A stretch of 64,000 bases of DNA from NCBI GenBank assembly GCA_965248265.1, contig CBDFJF010000001.1, forward strand, positions 1,184,001-1,248,000, given 5' to 3'. Both the position numbers and the translations under genes were made by a program. This stretch comes from Candidatus Latescibacterota bacterium (GTDB lineage Bacteria; Latescibacterota; UBA2968; UBA8231). How positions within the stretch are numbered: the stretch's first letter is position 1; each line of letters begins with the position of its first letter. This document shows positions 30,497 through 40,089 of this stretch, piece by piece. The notes under the pieces were generated by a model that saw nothing but the letters and a program-made list of their open reading frames with translations, was not told where the DNA came from and did not search any database.

Positions 30497-31132
30497 ATGG
30501 TAACGACCACGAAATTGGGCCTGCCGCCGGAGATCGATCCGGCGACTGAGGGCGCCCCGGAGAATGAGCTGGAGATCGCTATCGGCCGGCAGATGCGGAC
30601 CTTTCGCACGCAGTTGGACATGACAGTTACGGAACTCGCCAAACAGGCCGATCTGTCACCCGGCATGTTGTCGAAGATCGAGAACGGTTTGACTTCACCG
30701 TCACTGGCCACGCTCAAGTCGCTGTCGCGGGCACTCAACGTTCCGGTGACCGCGTTCTTTCGCAAGTACGAGGAGGAGCGCGACGTTTCCTTCGTCCGCA
30801 ATGGAGAAGGGTTGACCATCGAGCGCCGTGGCACCCGCGCGGGGCACCAGTATCAGCTGCTCGGGCACACGGTGAGCCGAAACGTGTTCGTCGAACCCTA
30901 TCTGATCTCGCTCACCGAGCAGTCGGATGTGTTCCCGCTTTTTCAGCACACCGGAGTGGAGTTCATCTATATGATAGAAGGCCGCGTCACCTACCGGCAC
31001 GGCAACAGCACCTACAAAATGGAACCGGGTGATTCACTGTTCTTCGATTCAGACGCTCCACACGGTCCCGAAGAACTCATCGAATTGCCCATCCGTTTTC
31101 TTTCCGTCATCATCGAACCTCGCGTCAACTAG
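30497..31132 (+). CDS. XRE-family HTH regulator with C-terminal cupin sensor
   Basis: LSPGMLSKIENGLTSPSLATL, RRGTRAGHQYQLLG, FQHTGVEFIY, GDSLFFDSDAPHGPE. This type is associated with glx/methylamine loci. Confidence 0.92.
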   Translation: MVTTTKLGLPPEIDPATEGAPENELEIAIGRQMRTFRTQLDMTVTELAKQADLSPGMLSKIENGLTSPSLATLKSLSRALNVPVTAFFRKYEEERDVSFVRNGEGLTIERRGTRAGHQYQLLGHTVSRNVFVEPYLISLTEQSDVFPLFQHTGVEFIYMIEGRVTYRHGNSTYKMEPGDSLFFDSDAPHGPEELIELPIRFLSVIIEPRVN

Positions 31133-31150
31133 AGTACTGAGAGCTGACCT

Positions 31151-32059
31151 ATGTGTGGGATAGCAGGAATCATGTTCAAGGGTGAGATCCCGTCCGATCT
31201 GAGCACCGGCCGGGCATTGGTCCAGATGCTGGACGGGTGCCAGCATCGCGGTCCTGACTCCACCGGGTTCGCCCTCTATTCCCCCGCCACCGACGGTGAG
31301 CTGCGACTGCGTTTCTTCGTCGGTGAGGGGAAGGAGGCGCAGGATGCCATCGACCGATTGGCCGGGGTATTCGACGAACACGGTGCCGCCGTTGTCGACG
31401 GTGACACCGTCGGCCACAACTACCGCGTCACCGTCAAATTCGACGGCGATCTGCAGCGCTTCGCCTATGCCGTCGAGCACGCCGCTAAGGTCGTCTCCAT
31501 CGGCTCGAGCCTGGAGATCGTCAAGGACGTGGGCAGCGCCCACGACGTCGACGAGCGCTACGACGTCGGTACCTTCGAGGGCAGCCACGGGCTCGGACAC
31601 GTGCGGCTGGCGACCGAGTCGGACGTCAAACCGGAGGCATCCCATCCGTTCTGGGCCACCGGCTTCGCCGACATCGCCATCGTCCACAATGGCCAGATCA
31701 CCAACTACTGGAAGATGCGCCGGCGCCTGGAACAGCGTGATTTCGAGTTCACGACTGACAACGACAGTGAGCTGATCGCCGTCTACCTGGCCGACAAGCT
31801 GTCCCAGGGCATCACCCTGGAAGAGGCCCTGCGCACCTCCATCGACGACCTGGACGGTACGTTCTCTTTTCTGGTCTCGACGGGAAACGAGATCGGTTAC
31901 GCCAAGGACCGGTTGGCGGCCAAACCGATGATCCTATACGAGAACGATGACCTGATCGCCGTCGCCTCGGAAGAGGTTTCCCTCAACCGACTGTTTCCCG
32001 GACAAGCCCTGGACACCCGCGAACCCCCACCCGGGACGTATGCCACATGGTCAAAGTAG
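31151..32059 (+). CDS. glxB: Class II glutamine amidotransferase, GlxB/MgsA-like
   Basis: N-terminal MCGIAG (Cys nucleophile), HRGPDS, GHVRLATES, SHPF, VHNGQITNY, NDSE. Confidence 0.85.
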   Translation: MCGIAGIMFKGEIPSDLSTGRALVQMLDGCQHRGPDSTGFALYSPATDGELRLRFFVGEGKEAQDAIDRLAGVFDEHGAAVVDGDTVGHNYRVTVKFDGDLQRFAYAVEHAAKVVSIGSSLEIVKDVGSAHDVDERYDVGTFEGSHGLGHVRLATESDVKPEASHPFWATGFADIAIVHNGQITNYWKMRRRLEQRDFEFTTDNDSELIAVYLADKLSQGITLEEALRTSIDDLDGTFSFLVSTGNEIGYAKDRLAAKPMILYENDDLIAVASEEVSLNRLFPGQALDTREPPPGTYATWSK

Positions 32060-34008
32060 ATCTCGCCGAAATCCCGGTGCGCCGGGCCAATGAGCTGATC
32101 CGCGAACATGGAGAGGCCGGTGACAGCATCGAGGTCGTCAATCCGGACGCGCGGCATCACATCGGCGTCGGCCTGACCGCGCCCGTCGACGTGCACGTAC
32201 ACGGCTCAGCCGGCTACTTCTGCGCCGGCCTGACTGACCAAGCGCGTTTCGAGGTCGACAACAATGCCGGTTGGGGCCTGGGCGACAACATGTACACGGG
32301 GTCCGTGGTGGTACGCGGCAACGCCGGCGCCATCGCCGGGGTCGCCATCCGTGGCGCCGAAATCGTCGTCCACGGCAATATTGGATCAAGAGCCGGACAG
32401 GTGATGAAAGCGGGGACTCTTTGTTGCGCCGGCAATGCCAACTTCATGGCCGGTTACATGATGTACGGTGGCCGCATCATCATCCTCGGAGACTCGGGCG
32501 ACCGCGTCGGCGAAGACATGACGGGGGGTGAGATCTTCGTCGCCGGCGAGGTGCAACAGCTAGGCTCCGACGCCATGCAGACGGACATCTCCTCCGAGGA
32601 ATTGGATGATATCCGCGCCTTTCTCGAGCGCTACCAGATCAACTTCAAGGGGTCGATTCAGAAAATCGTCAACGCCGGTCAGAAGCTGCGTTACAGCACC
32701 CAGGAACCGCAGGTGCGCAGCCTGCCTTTTTTTACCTACTCCGCCGCGTCCGAATACTGGAATCAGAAGGTGCAGGAAGACATCCACATCAAGTCGCACA
32801 GCGGCCGCTACCGCATCCGCGGTTACGGTGGGGCGCGACCGCTGCCTCACCTGGCTGACCTCGCCTTCCGCAAGGACCTGTCGGGTACGCAGGCCGATCT
32901 GGACATCACCTCCAAGATTCGCATGTACACGGAGATCGGCGGCCTACACGGCGCCGAGCCACTGAAGCTTTCGATGCCAGTCATGATCGCGCCGATGAGC
33001 TACGGGGCCCTCAGCCGCTCGACGAAACAGGCGATCGCGATCGCCTCGGGCATGTCCGACATCGCCGAGAATACCGGCGAAGGTGGCATGAGTAGCGCCC
33101 AACGCGACGCCGCCAAGCAGCTAATCTTCCAGTGTCTGGGCGGACGCCTCGGCTGGAACATCCACGACATGAAACGAGCCGACGGCCTGGAGATCTACAT
33201 CTCACAGGGGGCCAAGCCCGGCCTCGGCGGCCAGCTGATGGCCAAGAAGGTGACGCCGGAACTGGCTGAGATCCGTGGCATCCCGGCCGGCATCGACCTG
33301 CGTTCCCCGTCGCGCCATCCCGACATCCTCGGAGCCGACGATCTGGTCATCAAGATCGAGGAATTCCGCGAGGCCACCGGCTATCGACTGCCCGTCAGCG
33401 TCAAGCTCGGCGCCGGTCGTGTGCGCGATGACATCAAGATCGCCGTCAAGGACGGCTTCGATTTCGTCGAGCTCGACGGCATGCAGGGCGCCACTGGAGC
33501 CGGCAGTTCGGAGGTCATCGACCATGTCGGCATTCCGACGTTGCCGGCCATCATCGAGGCTTTGGATGCATTGAACGAGATCGGACGCCGGCAGGACATC
33601 CAGATCGTCCTCATGGGCGGCCTGCGCGACGGCGTCGACGCCGTCAAGGCATTGTGCCTCGGAGCGGATGCCGCAGCCTTCGGAACGTCCGTGTTGATCG
33701 CCGGCGGTTGCATCGCCTGCATGCAGTGTCACGTCGGAACGTGCGTTACCGGCATCGCCACCCAGGATCCCGAACACGAGAAGCGTTACCAACCGCAGGA
33801 GGAGGCCCGCAACATCCATCGCTTCCTCGAAGTCGTGCGCTGGCAGATTGCCGCCATCACCGACGGGCTCGGTTACAGCGACGTCGCCGATCTATGCCGC
33901 GATGACCTGGTGGCGCTCACCCCCGACGCCGCCACCATCACCGGTTTGCCCTACGAGCCCGAGTTGCGCGATAGAGCACAGACACCCGTGCACAGGGAGG
34001 CCGTGTAA
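32047..34008 (+). CDS. Fused GXGXG beta-helix (GlxC/MgsB) plus FMN/[3Fe-4S] glutamate-synthase domain (GlxD/MgsC)
   Basis: The N-terminal ~210 aa are Gly-rich repeats (GSAGYFCAG, GNAG, GNIGSRAG). Then APMSYGALS, NTGEGG, SQGAKPGLGG, DLRSPSRHPD, DGMQGATG, GGLRDG.DAVKALCLGA, CIACMQCHVGTCVTGIATQ. Confidence 0.9.
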   Translation: MVKVDLAEIPVRRANELIREHGEAGDSIEVVNPDARHHIGVGLTAPVDVHVHGSAGYFCAGLTDQARFEVDNNAGWGLGDNMYTGSVVVRGNAGAIAGVAIRGAEIVVHGNIGSRAGQVMKAGTLCCAGNANFMAGYMMYGGRIIILGDSGDRVGEDMTGGEIFVAGEVQQLGSDAMQTDISSEELDDIRAFLERYQINFKGSIQKIVNAGQKLRYSTQEPQVRSLPFFTYSAASEYWNQKVQEDIHIKSHSGRYRIRGYGGARPLPHLADLAFRKDLSGTQADLDITSKIRMYTEIGGLHGAEPLKLSMPVMIAPMSYGALSRSTKQAIAIASGMSDIAENTGEGGMSSAQRDAAKQLIFQCLGGRLGWNIHDMKRADGLEIYISQGAKPGLGGQLMAKKVTPELAEIRGIPAGIDLRSPSRHPDILGADDLVIKIEEFREATGYRLPVSVKLGAGRVRDDIKIAVKDGFDFVELDGMQGATGAGSSEVIDHVGIPTLPAIIEALDALNEIGRRQDIQIVLMGGLRDGVDAVKALCLGADAAAFGTSVLIAGGCIACMQCHVGTCVTGIATQDPEHEKRYQPQEEARNIHRFLEVVRWQIAAITDGLGYSDVADLCRDDLVALTPDAATITGLPYEPELRDRAQTPVHREAV

Positions 34009-36578
34009 TGGCCGTCTACGACCTGCACCGCATCGAAATGCCCGAGCCTCCGGAAGGAGCCTCCGATGACACGGCAGACTTCCACTTCGTGCCCGCCCCG
34101 TGCCAGGTCGCCTGTCCCGTAGGCACCGACGCACCTTCCTACATCGCCTTGATCTGGGAGGAAAAATACGAGGAGGCCTTTGAGGCCATCACTGCGACCA
34201 ATCCCTTCAGCTCCATCTGCGGCCGCGTCTGCGACGCTCCATGCGAACCCGCCTGCCGCCGCACCGACAGCGATGGCCCACTGCAGATCCGCAATCTCAA
34301 GCGCTTCGTCATGGACAAGGTCGGCCACTCCTACGACCCGGGACCCGTACCGGTCACGAGGGATCAGTCTATCGGGATAGTCGGATCGGGACCAGCCGGC
34401 CTCACGGCCGCCCACGACCTGTGCGCCGCTGGTTATGCCGTCGACGTCTACGAAAATAGCGACCGCGCTGGCGGCATGATGGTGTGGGGAATCCCCGCCT
34501 TTCGGCTGCCTCCCGGAATTATCGACGAAGACATCGACCGGCTCACGGGTAAATGCGAGGGTCTCAATATCCATCTCAACACGTCGCTCGGGCGCGACGT
34601 CACACTCGCGGAATTGAAAGAGCGTCACGATGCTGTCTTGCTCGCCATCGGGGCCTGGTGGGGCAAGCCCATGGGCATTCCGGGCGAAGAAGACGAGCGC
34701 GTCATCGACGGGGTTGGCTGGTTGCGAGAGATCAATGCTGGCGCCCGGCCTCAGCTACCCGAAACCGTCGTCGTCATTGGCGGTGGCGACGTGGCCATGG
34801 ATGCCTGCCGGGTGGCCAAACGCCTGCCGGGCTGCGATCACGTTAAGGTCCTCTACCGGCGCGGCCCGAACGAGATCCCGGCACGGCCTATCGAACTTGA
34901 GGGAGCTATAAAGGAGGGTGTCGAGTTCATCTACCATACGCAGCCGGTGGGTGTTGATTCAATGGAGCACGGCATCGCCCTTCGCTGTGTCGAGACCGAA
35001 CTCGGCGAGCCCGGCGAAGACGGCCGGCGGCAACCGGTCCTGGTGAAAGGGAGCGAGCACATCGTCGAGTGTGGCATGGTCATCGCCTCCGTCGGCCAGA
35101 AGGGGGTTTGCGAGGAGCTGGACCAACTCGGCATGATGCAGCCCGACCGGGTGCGGGCGGAATTCAACTCGATGCGCACGGAAGATCCCCAGGTCTTCGC
35201 GGCCGGCGACGGCGCCTTCGGCGGATCCACCATCGTCATGGCAATGCATCACGGACAGCGAGCCGCCTACTACATCAAGGCCTTCCTGGAGGGCAACGAG
35301 TCACCAATTCCGTACCGAACCCCATACCGGACCCGCCGGGTTGAGGTGGCCCAGGACATGATGTGGGAGCGATTAGCTGTCCAGCACCCCGAATTCCTCG
35401 GCCTCGGCAAGGAACCGGTGAAATTTCCGGAAATCGAGACCACCTACGATGATGAGACCGCGCGCAACGAGGCCGCTCGATGCTACCGCTGTGACGCCGA
35501 GACCGGCACGCCCGACTACTCGGTCCGCCACCGCGAAGATCTGTTCTCGATGGCGCGGACCAATCCGGCTGATCGAGAAAAAAAGGCAGCCATGCTGCAG
35601 CGGCGCCTGATCCCGCGGGACAACCCGTTTCCGGACGAGCGTCCGCCCCAGCTCGAAGACCTGGTGTTTTTGCCGGCCAACCTGTCTCGCCTCGTCATCG
35701 ACCCGTACCGGGAGGCCTGCCGCGCCGAATTCACTCTCGGCGGCCAGCTGACCCTTGAGCATCCCTTCCTCGCCACCGGATTCGACCAGGCTCCGGAGCA
35801 GATCAGGGAAGCAGTAGCACAGGGTCTGGCGCCCGATCAAACACCTTACCTGGGCATGCAGCCGCCATCGTCACAGACTCCGGTCCCCTGGTTGCAGCTG
35901 GTGAGTCCGAGCGGACTTGCGCCTGCGGCAGAGGCGGTCGGCTTGGTGCAGGTTGTTGGGGATGAATTTGAACCCATGAACCTCAAGCCCCTGCACGAAA
36001 ACCAATTGCTGGGACTCGTCGTGTCCTCCTCAGCTACCGTTGAGGAAGCGGTTGCCTTTGCCCTGGATCGGGATTACCACCTGCTGGTTCTCGACGGCTC
36101 AGGCGGTCTGGGGACAGATCGCCTGCCTGCCGATGGCCCGTCGGCCGATCAGAAGTGGCCCGAACTGTCCGGCGCTCCAGATCTTACTCTGCTGCGCGAC
36201 ACCGTTGCCACGCTTCGCCAGCTCGGGCGCGAGGAGGAGATCGACCTTGTGCATTTTGGGGGCGTGCGCTCTGGTACGGACGCCGCCAAGCTCGTGGGGT
36301 TGGGTGCCGTAGCGATGGTGATGGGAGTGACCCTGGGTCTGGCAGCCGGGGGCCGCATCGACGATGACACCATCGTCTTTGATTCTGATCTGAGCACGGC
36401 CGAACGGGCCGAGGCGATCGCCAATATCATCAAGGCCGGCACCGGAGAGGCCACCATGATGGCGCGCTGCACCGGTAAGACCGACCTGCACAACATCGAG
36501 CCCGAGGATCTACGAGCCCTGACCCTGGCCACTTCACAGAGCACGGCCATTCCCGTGGCCGGCACCCGTCCCGCCTGA
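34008..36578 (+). CDS. GltD/SudA-like FAD, 2x[4Fe-4S] NAD(P)H oxidoreductase fused to a degenerate glutamate-synthase FMN barrel
   Basis: PCQVACP, ICGRVCDAPCEPAC, GSGPAG, GGGDVAMD, YRR, FAAGD, EAARCYRC. Then LEDLVFLPANLSRLVIDPYRE, GGVRSGTDAAKLVGLGA, MARCTGKTDLHNIEPEDLRALT. TAATG overlap with the upstream gene. Confidence 0.85.
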   Translation: MAVYDLHRIEMPEPPEGASDDTADFHFVPAPCQVACPVGTDAPSYIALIWEEKYEEAFEAITATNPFSSICGRVCDAPCEPACRRTDSDGPLQIRNLKRFVMDKVGHSYDPGPVPVTRDQSIGIVGSGPAGLTAAHDLCAAGYAVDVYENSDRAGGMMVWGIPAFRLPPGIIDEDIDRLTGKCEGLNIHLNTSLGRDVTLAELKERHDAVLLAIGAWWGKPMGIPGEEDERVIDGVGWLREINAGARPQLPETVVVIGGGDVAMDACRVAKRLPGCDHVKVLYRRGPNEIPARPIELEGAIKEGVEFIYHTQPVGVDSMEHGIALRCVETELGEPGEDGRRQPVLVKGSEHIVECGMVIASVGQKGVCEELDQLGMMQPDRVRAEFNSMRTEDPQVFAAGDGAFGGSTIVMAMHHGQRAAYYIKAFLEGNESPIPYRTPYRTRRVEVAQDMMWERLAVQHPEFLGLGKEPVKFPEIETTYDDETARNEAARCYRCDAETGTPDYSVRHREDLFSMARTNPADREKKAAMLQRRLIPRDNPFPDERPPQLEDLVFLPANLSRLVIDPYREACRAEFTLGGQLTLEHPFLATGFDQAPEQIREAVAQGLAPDQTPYLGMQPPSSQTPVPWLQLVSPSGLAPAAEAVGLVQVVGDEFEPMNLKPLHENQLLGLVVSSSATVEEAVAFALDRDYHLLVLDGSGGLGTDRLPADGPSADQKWPELSGAPDLTLLRDTVATLRQLGREEEIDLVHFGGVRSGTDAAKLVGLGAVAMVMGVTLGLAAGGRIDDDTIVFDSDLSTAERAEAIANIIKAGTGEATMMARCTGKTDLHNIEPEDLRALTLATSQSTAIPVAGTRPA

Positions 36579-36582
36579 GCCC

Positions 36583-38730
36583 TCACACAGCCGTCACCTG
36601 AGCCTTGCCGTTGGTGTCAAAGGCCAGCACGTCCATCGGGCACACGTCGATGCAGATGCCACAATGGATACAGCTGGAGTTGGCATTGTCGAACGACTGC
36701 TGATTCTTCGCGAACGACATCACGTCGACGCCAACCTGACAGAACTTCGAACACTCGGCACAGGAGATGCATTTGTCGTTCGAGGTAATCTTGAGCTTGC
36801 CGTACCACTTCGACAGGATCTGGTTGTAGGCAGCCAGAGGACACCAGTAGCGACACCAGATCTTGCCGCCGAAGAATGGGTACAGCGCGATCGGAATCAC
36901 GGCTACCAGCCAGAAATCGACGAGATAGCTGTAAGCCTGCCACCAGGGATTGTTACCATCCGTCTCGTACAGACCGACGACCACCAGACAGATGATGACG
37001 CTGGCATAGAGCACGGCCACCGACTGGAATTCCCACGATCGCGACCGCTGTCCCTTGGGCGCCAGGTGCCGCCAGCGATCGCCGAGTGTTTCCGCCAACC
37101 CACCACAACCACACACCCAGGTACAGAAGCGCTTGCCGTGGTTGCGTGAGAGGATCGGGATGGCGACCAGCGTCCCCAGTACACCCGCTCCGATGAAGAA
37201 CACGGCGATCCACATCGGATCTTCCGGGTACCACCAGAAGAACGTGTTGAAGAACAGGGGAAAAGGCTGGTAGAGCCCCCAGGCCCGCCAGGCGTATTTG
37301 ACGCTGACCGCCTGCACGGCGATGACGTTGACGATCAGGAAGAACGCGAGCTGAAAAGAAATCAGAGAAGTGTAACGCCAGGTCTGATAGCGACCGTCCC
37401 GCGCCTTGCCGCGCCAGCGGATCAGCGCTTCGTACCCGAAAACAGCCATGGCGAGCGTGTAGAGCAGGCTGTAGAGATATCCCTGCTGATAGCCACGATC
37501 TCCCTGAAGATCAGCTATCGCCTCACTCGAAAACAACCAGGCAAAGGGAGCGAAGAACACGTCGAACATCGACCGCAGGGCGCCGTCGTACGCCGACACC
37601 TCGATCAGCTGCTGGTACGGCCAGGCCGCCAACCCTTTACCGTAGCTCTTGAGGGAGTAGAGCGAATAGACCAGCAGGAAGGCGCCGGTCAAAAACGCAT
37701 ACTTCCGGAGGTCCCATTCGTTGTTGAGCCTGATGCCGATAGCCTTGAAGAAGCCTAACGGCAGCTCAGCGCCGATCATCTCGAATAGGGTGTTGCTTTT
37801 GATCTTCTCCCTCTGACCTCCTGACAGAGCAATCTCCAGCGAATCGACATCGACGGATTCGACCCGCGACTCCAGCAGAATACGCAGCTTGCCCTCGGCC
37901 TCGAGCGCACGCACTGCATCGACATTGCGCATTTTCGGAAAAGTCAGCTCCTTGTCGATGGCCGACAACGTAACCGTGTTGGTCGGGTCATTGGCCAGGG
38001 CGATTGCTGCCTCGCAGGCTACGTCTCCTGCTCCGACGATGGTGATGTGCTCGTCGTGAAAATCGTCGGCATCGAGTAGCCGATGGTGAATGCGCCCTGC
38101 GTTCTCCTTCTCCCCGGGCACTTCTAATTTTCTCGGATTGCCCGCCTTGCCCAGCGCCAACACCACTCTGCGGGTGCGGTACTGCCCGCTGTCGCTGATC
38201 ACTTCGAAATTGTCGATATCCCCCTTGATATCCAGCACTTTTTCGTGCTCGTGGATCTCGAGCTTTTCCTCGGCGACCATGCCCCGCCAGCGTTCGAGCA
38301 GCTCCTCTTTCGTGCACTCCTCGAACCAGACCCGAGAGCGATTGTCGACATCGAGTGGCTCGGCGAAGAGCCATTTGCCCTTCATCATCGTCACAAAGGT
38401 GTTGGCAAAGGCTGCCGCGTCGAGGGCTACATAGCGCAAATTCTGATCGGCCGCAGCAACCGTGGCGGCCAAACCCGAGCTCCCCGCGCCGATGATGACG
38501 ACGTCGTAGAGGTCGGCGACCGCGCCACTTTCAGCCTGCAACAGCGGTCCGATCTGCTGCATCAGATCGTGACCCGCGTTCAGGCCCAATTTGACCAGTG
38601 GTGTCCCAGCCAGCTCCCCGACCACGTAAATGCCGGGGATATTCGACTGGCCGTCACTTTCTACCTGGGGTAGGACCGGGTAGGAGGGCTCTGGGGCCTT
38701 GGGGGCGAAAAGGGAGGCTGTAGCCGGCAT
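36583..38730 (-). CDS. Permuted thioredoxin-reductase-like flavoprotein fused to a NapH-like membrane Fe-S domain
   Basis: N-terminal SNIPGIYVVGEL precedes DVVIIGAGSSG. Then PRKLEVPGE, VGAGDVACE, TM helices, FCTWVCGCGG, WCRYWCP, CISCAECSKFC and CIHCGICIDVCP. Confidence 0.82.
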   Translation of the reverse strand: MPATASLFAPKAPEPSYPVLPQVESDGQSNIPGIYVVGELAGTPLVKLGLNAGHDLMQQIGPLLQAESGAVADLYDVVIIGAGSSGLAATVAAADQNLRYVALDAAAFANTFVTMMKGKWLFAEPLDVDNRSRVWFEECTKEELLERWRGMVAEEKLEIHEHEKVLDIKGDIDNFEVISDSGQYRTRRVVLALGKAGNPRKLEVPGEKENAGRIHHRLLDADDFHDEHITIVGAGDVACEAAIALANDPTNTVTLSAIDKELTFPKMRNVDAVRALEAEGKLRILLESRVESVDVDSLEIALSGGQREKIKSNTLFEMIGAELPLGFFKAIGIRLNNEWDLRKYAFLTGAFLLVYSLYSLKSYGKGLAAWPYQQLIEVSAYDGALRSMFDVFFAPFAWLFSSEAIADLQGDRGYQQGYLYSLLYTLAMAVFGYEALIRWRGKARDGRYQTWRYTSLISFQLAFFLIVNVIAVQAVSVKYAWRAWGLYQPFPLFFNTFFWWYPEDPMWIAVFFIGAGVLGTLVAIPILSRNHGKRFCTWVCGCGGLAETLGDRWRHLAPKGQRSRSWEFQSVAVLYASVIICLVVVGLYETDGNNPWWQAYSYLVDFWLVAVIPIALYPFFGGKIWCRYWCPLAAYNQILSKWYGKLKITSNDKCISCAECSKFCQVGVDVMSFAKNQQSFDNANSSCIHCGICIDVCPMDVLAFDTNGKAQVTAV

Positions 38731-39024
38731 TGTTGACTGTCTCGGAATGAGTGTGGCTTTGGCTGGCTCAGTAGATTGGATTCAAGGGACAGCCATGGGG
38801 ATTCAGCACGAAGTTATTCGAACTCGATTGACCCTCAGCGATGGTAAATGTCTTACCTCCTGAGCACAATGCCCCATACTGTCGGCGGTGCCGGCTTGGT
38901 CGAGCGAAACTTGCCAAATCCCGTCGTCAACCTTAAGCTGCAGACAGCAGGCCTCGGGGTGGTATCGGTATACGCCGCGCAGAGACCGGCCACCCATGGC
39001 TTCTCCCCCTGATGTAACTCGCTA

Positions 39025-40089
39025 GTGCTCTGTTAAGAAATCGAGCTTGTACTTTGTCGTAAGTCGTGGTATCATGGATACATATGGTGAATCCTTCAGG
39101 AGGGTGATGCTATGTGTCTCCATGCTCGTTCGCCGAACGCGGCGGAGTCTAAGGAACTGGGACGGTGGCTGAAACGGCCTCGCAACGCCGTGCAGATGCG
39201 CCGTGGGCAGTTGATCTCGTTCAGCGCCCAGGGCATGCGCGTCCAGGAGATCTCGGATACACTGCATCTGCATGAGGAGTACGTTCGCCAGTTGATCCGC
39301 CAGTACAACGAAGGGGGATTGACGGTTTTGCGCACTCGGGCACGTCCGGGGCGTCGTTGCGCAAGCTGACTGACTGCCTGGTGGGACGGCAGATGATTCC
39401 CGAGGTTTCGCATGTGACCATCGGAAAAATCCTGGATCAACATAAGGTTACCTATCAACGGACGCGCACCTGGAAAGAATCAAAGGACCCGGAGTTTGTC
39501 TCTAAAAAAAACGCATCAACCGACTCTACAAGCGGGCGCCGAAAGACACGGTCGTAGTCTGTTTCGACGAACTGGGACCAGTCCAGATCAAGCCGCATGC
39601 CGGTGCTTCCTGGGCCCCACACAAGCGCCCGGTCCGGCATCGGGCAACCTATAGCCGCCACGGCGGCGTCAGCTATTTCTTTGGAGCCTATAACGTCCAT
39701 GAGGACATCCTGTGGATGCATCACAAACCCAAGAAACACGCGTCGGTCGTACTCGATTTCCTCAAGGCCATTCGGCTCCGCTATCGCACGGCGAAGCGGA
39801 TCTATGTCGTCATGGATAATCTGTCGACGCACAAGACACCGCCGATCTTGCAGTGGTGCCGACGAAACCGGGTCTCGCCGGTCTTCACCGCCACCAACGC
39901 GTCATGGATGAATCGGCTCGAATGTCACCTCACGGCAGCCCATTACTTCGTCATCAAAAACAGCGATCCCAACGATCATCGAGAAGTCGGCCAGCGCATG
40001 CAGGAGTACCTGAGGTGGCGAAACAAGAACACCGACAACGCCAAGCTGGCCAAAGTCCAAAACTCAATGCCCACTCTTTAACAGAGCAC
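39025..40089 (+). mobile_element. IS630-family insertion sequence (internally deleted)
   Basis: Perfect 12-bp terminal IRs GTGCTCTGTTAA (39025) and TTAACAGAGCAC (40078-40089). TA duplication at 39023-24 and 40090-91, each within CTAG. Confidence 0.93.
39112..40081 (+). pseudogene. IS630 transposase (HTH + DDE), broken by an internal deletion/frameshift; also carries a -1 slippery A8
   Basis: HTH segment ...RARPGR jumps out of frame to SLRKLTD at ~39354. RTRTWKESKDPEF is followed by the A8 run at 39504-39511. The -1 frame reads VCFDELGP...MDNLSTHK...NASWMNRLE. Confidence 0.88.

Noticed and set aside
31151-36578. Calling the operon canonical gltBD
   Set aside because: Domain order and splitting differ, there is no central domain, and an extra degenerate barrel is present.
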